Assembly (NCBI GenBank): GCA_965223005.1
Contig: CBDCVK010000010.1
Coordinates: 832,001-896,000 of the forward strand
From: Terriglobia bacterium
GTDB lineage: Bacteria; Acidobacteriota; Terriglobia; JAJPHL01; JAPKYU01
DNA length: 64,000 nucleotides
Reading direction: 5' to 3'
The notes beneath the pieces are model-generated. The model was not told the DNA's origin and searched no databases. It saw nothing but the letters and a program-made list of their open reading frames with translations. The position numbers and the translations under genes were made by a program. Shown in pieces: positions 9,692 through 18,584 of this stretch (positions are counted from its first letter, which is position 1; each line of letters opens with the position of its first letter).

Positions 9692-11656
9692 ATGAGTGGG
9701 AAAGAATCCAGCCGGGTCTTAGTCATTGATGACGACGACCTGGTGCTAGCTATCATCCGCAAAATGCTGGATGCGGAGCTGTTTTCCGTGGATGTCTCGG
9801 AGTCGGCCCGCGAGGCTCTGGGCCGTTTGCCGAAAACCAGCTATGACGCCATCCTCTGCGACATGTGGATGCCGGGGATGACCGGCAAGGACTTCTACAA
9901 CCAGGTGAAAAAGGAATTCCCCGAGTACCAGAACCGGATTATTTTTCTGACCGGCGATATTGCCTCGGAAACGACCTGGGAGTTCATCGAGCAAAAGCGA
10001 CTGCCCTACATACTGAAGCCGGTCAGCGCTCCAGAGTTGAAGCGCAAACTGCGCGAGGTGATGGGCGAGCGGCCGAAAGCAGCTACGAAGAAGGGTGCTG
10101 AGCAACGGCGTCATCGGCGGCTCGCAATGAAGGCCAACCTCCGGGTCCGCAAGAAGAGATGGGCCGCCGCGGGTCCTGAGATTACTTTAGTCGGCAACGC
10201 CAGCAAGGAAGGCGTCTACTTCCTGACCGATCGACAATACGGCGTCGGGACCGAGGTGCTGGTTTCCTTCCCCTATACCGGACAAGGCGACATCGAGCAG
10301 GAAGGCTGCGTGGTGCGGGTGGATGAGCGTTCGGATGGCCGGCGGGGAGTGGCCATCGCGTTGGGAAAGGCTGCCGTGGATGCCCGCGGCCCCATGACCC
10401 TGCCCCAGATCAGCGGGGTTGAACCGGCGGCCGAAGTTGCCGACCTAAAGATGCAACTGGACCGTGAGCGGAAGGAGGCGCGTCGCCTGACAGACGAGCT
10501 GGCCGACCTGAAGGGAAGTTACAAGCGGGCTGCCAGCGAGCGCGACCGGCTGGCTTCCGAGGAGTCCGACCGCGACTTTAGGGCGCGCGAACTCACTTCA
10601 ACTCGGGACGCCATGGGCCGGCTCGCCGAAGAGTTGAAGCAGCAAGTACAGGACTTGCAGGAGAAGCTGGCCGCGGCCGAGCGCGGGCGGGCACAACAGA
10701 CCGAACGGGCGCATGACGCCCAGAAAGAAGCGACCAAGGCGGCCGACCTGAAAACAGAACTGGATTAGGAGCGGAAAGCGGCCCGCCGCTTGACGCAAGA
10801 GCTGGCTGACCTGAAGGGTGTGCACCAACGCGCGGTTCAGGAACGCGACCGGCTCACCAGCCAGGAATCCGACCGCAGCTTAAAGTTCCGTGAACTCACC
10901 TCCACCCGGGACGCCATGAGCCGGCTCACCGAGGAGTTGAAGCAGCAGGTGCAGGACTTGCAGGAGAAGCTGGCCGCGTCCGAGCGTGAGCAGGCACAGC
11001 AGGCCGAACGGGCGCACGACACCCAGCAAAAAGCCGCCAAGGCGGCCGATCTGAAAACCGAACTGGATCAGGAGCGGAAAGCGGCCCGCCGCTTGACGCA
11101 AGAGCTGGCTGACTTGAAGGACCTGCACGAACGCGCGGTTCAGGAACGCGACCGGCTGGCCAGCCAGGAATACGACCTCAGCTTGAAGCTCCGTGAACTG
11201 ACCTCCACCCGGGACACCATGAACCGGCTGGTTGGAGAATTTCGGAAGAAGATACAGGGTTTGGAAAAACACGTCGCTGGCGTCGAAGCCGAACGCGATC
11301 GGGGACAGAAGGAAGCGCGAACCGCCCGCGGCGAGGCAGAGAAGTGGCGTGCCGAAAGCCGCCGGCAGCAGCAGACGGCAGCTTCCAGTGAGCGCGCCAC
11401 CCGGGGACAGGCTTCGCCAACCAAAGAACAGAAGGGCGACGCAGCCCGGCTGCGCGAGGACCTCAAAGGGATGCGGGCGCGCATCCAGGAATTCCAGGGC
11501 GGGGGCGTAGGGCCGCTGACCAATTTGGCGGCGAATTGCGACTTGCTCGCCATGAACAAGTCACTGGATGCACCTACAAGAAAGTCGGCAAAGGAAATGA
11601 GCCAGCAGGCTGCCCAGCTGCGCAAAGCTTTTCAGAAACTCACCCGGAAATCCTAG
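9692..11656 (+). CDS. Response regulator receiver + PilZ + repeated coiled-coil protein, interrupted by an in-frame TAG at 10766-10768
   Basis: REC (VIDDD, CDMWMPGMTG, LTG, KP); PilZ motifs RRHRR and NASKEG; ORFs 9692-10768 and 10790-11656 share a frame. Confidence 0.75.
10439..11240 (+). repeat. About 2.7 copies of a 303-bp (101-aa) tandem coding repeat
   Basis: GCCGA(C/T)CT(A/G)AA starts at 10439, 10742 and 11045; protein repeat ADLK..LD.ERK.ARRLT.ELADLK. Confidence 0.85.
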
Positions 11657-11733
11657 CTCGGCGGCGGCCCTGCCTTGATCTTAGCGGCCGAACGCTGACT
11701 TCCTTAGTAGTAGACCACCGCGTAGTAGACCAT

Positions 11734-11870
11734 TTAGGCCTCGTCGCAGTTCTGCAGCCCGATGCAACCAAATTCAGGGAGCGGGCCGCGCCTCGGGTCG
11801 CGGTCGCGCTTGGGGGCGGCTGGCCGCCGACAATGGTGAGGCACCTCCCCAACTTTGTCACCCGGTCTAG
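11734..11870. mobile_element. Possible MITE with imperfect IS5-like termini
   Basis: Left TTAGGCCTCGTCGCAGTT and right AACTTTGTCACCCGGTCTAG form an imperfect inverted repeat with TA/CTAG ends; no transposase. Confidence 0.3.
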
Positions 11871-11919
11871 CCCGCCGCCTCATCTAGCCCATTTCGCAAG
11901 CCTCCGGTAGACTGCCAGT

Positions 11920-13575
11920 ATGGGTTTCGGACTTGGAGGGGCTGGAAGCGGAGGGCGGAATTCGCCTTCAAAGAAGACAAGGCGGACCAGCCGCACGGCG
12001 TGCTTGTTCCTGTTTGCGGCAGTGGCGCTAGCGCCGCTCCCCACGATTGTAGCAGCAACTGCCTCCCCACCGCCGGCCCAGCCGGAGGCCGCGCTGCTGG
12101 AGCGCCTCAAACAGTTTAGTCAGGTGGGGAGGCAAGCGGGCGAGGCGGTCTGGCCAGGGTGGGATCCTACGGCGACTTCGCTGGCCATCTTCAAGAAGAA
12201 TGAGCTAGGCCTGCTAGTAGGGCATCCCTCGCCGCCGTCTCACTTCCGCCGGCTGGACGCCCCGATGGTGTCGGCTCCGGTATTTGTCGCCGATTCCACG
12301 GCAGGCATGGTGCTGGTCAACACCACCCGGCCCTTCGCCGGTGCGCTGACGACGTTCGTCTCCTACCAGGATTTTGCGGGCAAGCCCGCGGTGGAAGCCC
12401 TGGCCACGACCCTCCACGAACTATTCCACGCGTACCAGCAGCGCATTGTGCCGGGTAAGCTCGGCGACATCCGGGTGGTGCTCTTAGGCGAGTACCCGGA
12501 ATTTTCCGCGCAAAACCGCGCGTTGATGGCGCTGGAAGCCCAGTTGCTCCACGAGGCGGCCACCGCCGCCAACCCACAGGAGGCACGACGCAGCGCGGCT
12601 GGCTTCCTGGGCATGAGGGCTGCGCGGCGCAAGAAACTGACTCCGGAGGTGGCGCGTTACGAAAGCGGGGAAGAATCCAGCGAAGGGCTGGCCGTCTACA
12701 TCCAGTTGCGCCTGTTCCAATTTCTGCCCCGGCTGGTCGCGGCCGACGCGGCCGGTGCCAGCCAGGTATCCGAATCCCCGCTGCCAGCCGCCCTGGACGA
12801 GGCCGCGAGCAAGCAGGCCCCTCAGGTTGCCGAGAAATGGCTAGAGCCGTTGCTTCACATTCACCGGGTGGGGGGCGACCGAGAACGCTTTTATGCCTTG
12901 GGTATGGCGCAGGCCCTACTGCTGGATCGCTTCCGGCCCGGCTGGAAGAAAGAATTCGAGACTGGTCCGCAGCTTCTGGACCAACTGCTGGCCGCCTCGG
13001 TCCCCTCGGCCTCGCCCGCAGAGACCGCGCGCTTGATGAAGCGCTTGCGTTTCCGGAGCGTGTTGAAGGAGCAGGAGCAGGCGGTGGCCCGGCGGCGCGA
13101 GCAGGGCACGCAACGCCTGGCGGCGCTGATGGCCGAGGCGGGCGACCGCGTGGTGGTGGAGGTCGGCGCCGCCAAAGAGCAAGTGAGCCTGCGTGGTTTC
13201 AATGCCAATGGCACGGCAGTGGTGGGACCCGGGCTGGTGGTGCACACCTTACTCCTGCTGGACCTCGGCGCGGAACCGGGGCTGTGGATGCGCCTGGAGT
13301 TCCGCGGGCTGCCAGCCGTTTACGAGCAAGAGCGCGAAGTGCTGTGGTTCGTGCTGCCGCGGGAGGCGATTACCAAGGCCTTGGAGAGCTACGCGCGCAG
13401 CCCCGGCACGGGACCTGCTCGTTTGGTCTTGCGGACGAAACGCTTCTTCGGTGAATTCACGGGCGTGGAGGTGAAACGGCGAGGCCGCGAGCTGCGCATC
13501 CGTCCCGTTGAAGATCTGCTCCGTGCTCCGGCGCTGAAGTCCCCCGAATTCGTACGCCCGAAAAAGAAGCCCTGA
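11920..13575 (+). CDS. Exported protein with gluzincin-like HExxH motif (putative metallopeptidase)
   Basis: Hydrophobic signal region; LHELFHAYQ with downstream EGLAVY; ERFYALG. Confidence 0.6.
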   Translation: MGFGLGGAGSGGRNSPSKKTRRTSRTACLFLFAAVALAPLPTIVAATASPPPAQPEAALLERLKQFSQVGRQAGEAVWPGWDPTATSLAIFKKNELGLLVGHPSPPSHFRRLDAPMVSAPVFVADSTAGMVLVNTTRPFAGALTTFVSYQDFAGKPAVEALATTLHELFHAYQQRIVPGKLGDIRVVLLGEYPEFSAQNRALMALEAQLLHEAATAANPQEARRSAAGFLGMRAARRKKLTPEVARYESGEESSEGLAVYIQLRLFQFLPRLVAADAAGASQVSESPLPAALDEAASKQAPQVAEKWLEPLLHIHRVGGDRERFYALGMAQALLLDRFRPGWKKEFETGPQLLDQLLAASVPSASPAETARLMKRLRFRSVLKEQEQAVARRREQGTQRLAALMAEAGDRVVVEVGAAKEQVSLRGFNANGTAVVGPGLVVHTLLLLDLGAEPGLWMRLEFRGLPAVYEQEREVLWFVLPREAITKALESYARSPGTGPARLVLRTKRFFGEFTGVEVKRRGRELRIRPVEDLLRAPALKSPEFVRPKKKP

Positions 13576-13683
13576 CGCCCAGGACTGACTCGGCTGTCAG
13601 CGGCGCTTTCCGCTGGTTGTCGCCTTGTCGGAATCCTTAAGAATGCCGTGGGGTAGGGAATCCCCGGCGCCCGACGAAGTTTC

Positions 13684-14121
13684 CTATTGTTCCGGAGAGG
13701 TCAGGGAGATGTAGGCGCGCATCAGGCGTACTTCATCGCCCTTCTGTTGCAAGTCTGCCAGCAACAGGTCGCGCATCGTCACCAGACCGAGCAGGCGGCC
13801 GGCCAGGAAGACGGGAAGGTGGCGGATGCCGGCTTGGCGCATGCGCTCCAGGCACGCGCTGGGTGCCTCGTTGGCATCGGCCACCAGTGGATCGCGCGTG
13901 ATGACCTCGGCCAGGGGGGTCTGGCGGGGGTCGCGGGCCGCTACCACCACCCGCTTCATCAGGTCGCGCTCGGAGAAGATGCCTACCAGCCGCTCTTGTT
14001 CCAGCACCGAAACAGCCCCTACCTTGCGCTCGGCCATGTACCCCACCGCCTCGGCCACCGTGGCTCGGAGCGGTACTGAGTAGACGGGCCGGTTTTCCAC
14101 CAATTCGCCGACGCGCTTCAT
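13684..14121 (-). CDS. CBS domain protein
   Basis: Tandem CBS motifs (LVGIFSERDL, IRHLPV..LLGLVTMRDLL). Confidence 0.9.
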   Translation of the reverse strand: MKRVGELVENRPVYSVPLRATVAEAVGYMAERKVGAVSVLEQERLVGIFSERDLMKRVVVAARDPRQTPLAEVITRDPLVADANEAPSACLERMRQAGIRHLPVFLAGRLLGLVTMRDLLLADLQQKGDEVRLMRAYISLTSPEQ

Positions 14122-14759
14122 ACGGATGGGGGCAGCGAAGCCGCTCCTTCGTTGTCGCGGCTCGGATGATCCTGTTGCTCACCGCCGCGGCGTCCTCCCA
14201 GAACCGAAGCCAGCCAGAGCACGAGCGCGACTTTCAGAACTTCCCCTGGGAGGAAAGGCCACACCGCAGCCAGCAGCAACGCGCTTCGCGGTTGCGGCAA
14301 CACCGTTCCCAGCCATGCGGTGCCGAACAGGAAGATAACGGCTTCTCCGCACAGCAGAGCCAGCAGCAACCGTGCTTTGCCCGGCACACCACCCTCCGGT
14401 GTTCCTTTCCGGCGCGTTGTCAGATAGCCCACCACGAACGCCGCAAGTGGATAGCTGAGCAGGTAGCCCCCGGTGGGACCCAGTAGAGGGGCCAGGCCCC
14501 AGGAACCAAGAGCAAACACCGGCAGTCCGGCAAGCCCCTGCCCTAGATAGAGCACCATGGCAGTGGCGGCCCGTGGACCGCCCAAGACTACCCCTGCCAG
14601 CAGCACGCCGAGCGTCTGCCCGGTCACCGGAACGGGCGTAAAGGGAAGCGGTACCGAGACCTGCGCCAGCAACCCCATCAAGATGCTGAATCCGAATACC
14701 AACGCCGCGCTCTCAGCGCGAGATTGCGGCCGGCTTTGAGCCACCGAAAGCAGCTTCAC
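14118..14759 (-). CDS. bioY: Biotin transporter BioY
   Basis: LPFTPVPVTGQT, GLAGLPVF, GPTGGYL, PFLPGE; GTG 14759 follows GGGAGG. Confidence 0.9.
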   Translation of the reverse strand: MKLLSVAQSRPQSRAESAALVFGFSILMGLLAQVSVPLPFTPVPVTGQTLGVLLAGVVLGGPRAATAMVLYLGQGLAGLPVFALGSWGLAPLLGPTGGYLLSYPLAAFVVGYLTTRRKGTPEGGVPGKARLLLALLCGEAVIFLFGTAWLGTVLPQPRSALLLAAVWPFLPGEVLKVALVLWLASVLGGRRGGEQQDHPSRDNEGAASLPPSV

Positions 14760-14997
14760 TGCTGCCCTCCCCAATGCGCGAATCGCACAACTAAACCAGC
14801 CAAGGATACCACAGGGGTGTCAGCCCGCTGGTAGTTTGGCGGTCGGTGCAGCGAGCCTCCCTCACCTGTGGTACTACGGGTTCTACGGCAGGTTCCAGTT
14901 GACACACCACTTCCTCAGGTTCTAATGTTTGACGGGCGCAGGCTGCTTTTTCCGCCTGCGCGGATCGAAGGCTTCTGTGTTCCTTAGGGGGGATGCC

Positions 14998-17512
14998 ATG
15001 AAAAGACTTCTTGTGATCGCAGCGTGCGGGGTTTTGTTTTCGATCAATGCCGTAGCCAGCTTGATTCCGACTCAAGATGGCCAGGTGGTAACCAAGTTGG
15101 TGTTCAGCGTCCCGGCCGGGGAGTCAGCTCACGATTCGGTGACGGTGTTCTATGAAGTGGTGGGTGGTACTGTGATGGAAGATTTCACAATTTCCGGTCT
15201 CCCCAGCTGGTTGACGGTCGCCCCGGTGCCTCCTGCGACTAAGTTTACTACGCCCGCGGAGGTCTTGATATGGGTTGACACAGCGGGCCTAAGCGAGGGG
15301 TCGATCCCGGGGGCCACACTTCAGTTCGTCGCGTTCAGTTCTGTCCTGGGAACTTTAGACATTGACCTGACAGTAACTGCGGCGCTGCCTCGCACCGCAG
15401 GTGTCTCGCCCGAAGTCTCTTCCCTGACCGTTGCAGCCAATCAGATCGGCACCTTCGTCTTCAACGTCCTGTCCGCGTTGCTCCTGCAAAGCACTAGCAG
15501 CGAGGGTATCGGGACCGGCCCGAGCGCCATAGGCGAGGTAAATTGGACCGCGAGTGTGAAATTACTGAGTGAGCCCGGGAGCGATTGGCTCACTATCAGT
15601 CCCACCTCTGGTACAGCCACACCGGACAATCCCTCGCAAGTGACGGGCACGGTGGATGCCGCCATGCCCGGCCCGGGTACGTATCAGGCCGAGATTGCGG
15701 TCACCAGTAACTGCCCGGCCCGGGTACGTATCAGGCCGAGATTGCGGTCACCAGTAACCCGACGGTGACTCTTCCAGTGACGGTGGTCGTCCGGCCACCT
15801 GGCCCCAGGTTATCTGTGAGCCAGACCGCAATCCTGTTTCAAAGCGTAAGTAGCGGACCTTTTACGATATCGGAGACGGTGACGATTTCCAATGAAGGAG
15901 ACGGAACGCTGAACTGGTCGCTTTCCGGGCTGCCTTCCTGGCTGACGGCTGAGCCTGACTCTGGGAGCGTTACTAGTGGGCCCGCGGGTGAAGACGTCGT
16001 GCTGACGGCCGATCCATCGAGCTTCGGTTCCGGCATCAACAGCGCGCTGCTGACGGTATCGGCTCCAGAGGCCAGCAACAACCCGCAAGTAGTGGCGGCC
16101 GTGCTGCTGACGGTGCCGGGCGCTACCCCGGCAACAGCCGAGGTCAGCCCCAACGCACTGGTGTTTGTGGTCGAGCAGGGCCAGCCGACACCGCCGACTC
16201 GAACCGTCGCGGTCAGCAACGTCGGCGGGGGGTCGCTCTCCTTTAACTTCAGCGCTACGATCACTCCCCTCCGGGCGGCAGTTGGCTCATCCTGACGACG
16301 GTGGCTGGGGTCGCTCCGGGGCAGGTCGCCGTCTTAGCGAATCCTTCCGGCCTGCTTCCCGGCGTGTATCGCGCAACACTGACAGGCACCTTCACTGGCG
16401 GAGGGCAACGGGTGGTGGAGGTGGTGTTGTTTGTGGTGCAAGCGGGGAGTGCGCTGCGGGCGCAGGCGCTGGGTCTGCCCGGCGCGGCCCAGTGCGCTCC
16501 GGAACAGCTGGAGTTGTTCGCCACCACCATCGGAAGTGGCCTGAGCCTGCCGGTTTCCTTTCCCCGGGTGTTGACCGCGTTGGTAGTGGACGACTGCGGT
16601 GCGGCGGTGAACAATGCCACGTTGGTGGCCGCCGTAGAAGGCTTAAACATCCCGCTGCGCTCGCTGGGCACCGGCTTTTACAGCGGTACGTGGACGCCGG
16701 TGAGCGCGACGGCCGAGGTGACGGTCGCCTTTGCGGCGCTGCATCCCACCCTTCGGAAGGCGGAGCGCTCCTTTACCGTGGAAACGGCCACCGCACCGGG
16801 CGATGTGAGTTTGCCGCTGTTGTTTGCCGACGGGGTGGTGGAAGGAGCCGGCTTCACGAAGCGGCGGCCGCTGTCTCCCGGTGGCATCATTTCCCTGTTC
16901 GGTGCGAGCTTTGCCACCGAGAACAACTTCGCCAGCCAGCTACCTCTGGAGCGGGAACTGGCAGGGGTGAGCGTGCGCATTGGCGGCCAGGATGCGCCGC
17001 TTTATTTCGTCGGCCCGGGGCAGATTAACGCGCAGGTGCCGTTTGAGGTGAGCACGGGCGACAGCGTTCCGGTCGCGACCAGTGTAGATGGCTTACTGAC
17101 CGCACCGCAGAACTATTCGATTGCTCCTGCCCAGCCAGGCATTTTCATTTCCGGCGAAAACGCCGCCATCCTGAACGCCTCGTTCCAGCTGGTGACGTCG
17201 CAGAACCCAGTCCGCGCCGGAGACACGATTCAGATCTTCTGCACTGGCTTGGGGGCGGTGGACGTGGCAGTGGAGACAGGAGCACCGGGCCCTTCGTTCA
17301 GCACCGTCGAGGTGCCGGTGACGGTGACGATCGGGGGGATTAACGCTGCGGTAGCCTTCCAGGGACTGGCACCGAACTTTGTGGGGCTCTACCAGGTGAA
17401 CGCGGTGGTGCCCGCCGGCGTTGCGCCGGGCGACGCGGTCCCGCTGGTCCTGGAGCAGAACGGGATTGTCGCTAACCCCGACCGGCCCGTCACCATCCCT
17501 GTGGTGCCCTGA
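14998..17512 (+). pseudogene. Secreted BACON-repeat protein with TIGR03437-type C-terminal domain, split by two frameshifts
   Basis: Signal peptide MKRLLVIAAC; BACON motifs (WLTISPTSG, PGTYQAEI); C-terminal APLYFVGPGQINAQVP...GLAPNFVGLYQVN; frame changes at about 15712-15758 and about 16265-16275. Confidence 0.8.
15665..15758 (+). repeat. Perfect 47-bp tandem duplication causing a frameshift
   Basis: TGCCCGGCCCGGGTACGTATCAGGCCGAGATTGCGGTCACCAGTAAC at 15665-15711 and 15712-15758. Confidence 0.95.
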
Positions 17513-17580
17513 GGCCGTCGGCCCCGGGTGCGAAGACCCTATGCCGGGCCGCTTTGTTCAGATACGAACTTTAACCAGGG

Positions 17581-18189
17581 TCAGATACGAATTTTGACCA
17601 GCGGTATCCCGTCCCGGCACAGCGGGCAGGATTCCGCACTTTCCCAATACGTGAGCTGCAGGCGAGCCAACGAGTAGATCGGCAACGGGCCAAAATCCAC
17701 TGTGTCCAGCGTAGGCTGGTGCACGATCACAGCCAGGGCCAGCACTCGCGCCCTGTGCGTGAGAAGCAGGTTACGCAACTTGCTGAGCTTCTTGCCCGAA
17801 CGCAGAATGTCATCCACCACAATGCACTGCTCGTTCTTGTGCGTCTCCATGAACTGGCGGAACTCCATCCGGTCCTCCACCTTTTCCGCCCAATAGATCT
17901 GGCTGGCTCGCAGCGCCTCGCCCAGGCCGTAAGCCACCGGGATCCCGCCAGTGGCTGGTGAGACGATGCTGACCTGCGGCAGGTGGCGCGCGATTTCCGG
18001 GTCGCTGCGCAGCAGCCGGCTGAGCGCTACGCTGAGCGTCTTGGCTTCCTGGTAGTAGCGCATGGCCAGCGGCATCTGCAGATATTGGTCGGTGTGCCGC
18101 CCGGAGGTCAGTTCAAAGTGGCCTTCCCGCATGGCGCCAGTCTCCCGCAAAATGTCCAGCACCTCCTGCTGGCTCGGAATAAGTTCCAC
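17581..18189 (-). CDS. Orotate phosphoribosyltransferase-like type I PRTase
   Basis: GAMREGHFELTSGRHTDQY, SPATGGIP, VVDDILRSG, C-terminal CPLC; GTG start at 18189. Confidence 0.75.
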   Translation of the reverse strand: MELIPSQQEVLDILRETGAMREGHFELTSGRHTDQYLQMPLAMRYYQEAKTLSVALSRLLRSDPEIARHLPQVSIVSPATGGIPVAYGLGEALRASQIYWAEKVEDRMEFRQFMETHKNEQCIVVDDILRSGKKLSKLRNLLLTHRARVLALAVIVHQPTLDTVDFGPLPIYSLARLQLTYWESAESCPLCRDGIPLVKIRI

Positions 18190-18584
18190 GTCCGTTGTAT
18201 AGCATAGAACTGCAGGCCTGGCCGAGGCCGGCGGCACTGCTTGTAATGCTCAAGCCGGGGTGGTCAGCCTGCTGTTCAGGTCGCTTGGTGGAGTCGCTGG
18301 ATGAAAGCCAGGCATCCTGCTGCCATCCCATCAGCTTCATCACTTGCATAGCCCACTGCGTAGGGAACAGAATGTTTTCTTGCCGACACTTCCGTTCCAT
18401 GGGGCCGCAGGTTGGATGGCTTCTGGGTGGGCCTCGGCCGTAGCTTTCTGCTTTTTCCTTGCTCTACCTTGTCCTATAATCTCGGCAGCTTCCCTGGGAG
18501 TTCTCTCGCGCTCCATCCAACACTAAGCGGGCACTAAGCGGGAGGTTCGGCGGTGGGTGGTATGGTCGGCGAAGGAGCCGGGTC

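Noticed and set aside
10766-10768. Pyrrolysine or TAG recoding
   Set aside because: Many ordinary genes here end in TAG, no pyl genes are visible, and the site is a coiled-coil Gln position
18240-18540. Short ORFs or an ncRNA upstream of the PRTase gene
   Set aside because: No recognisable protein motif or RNA structure
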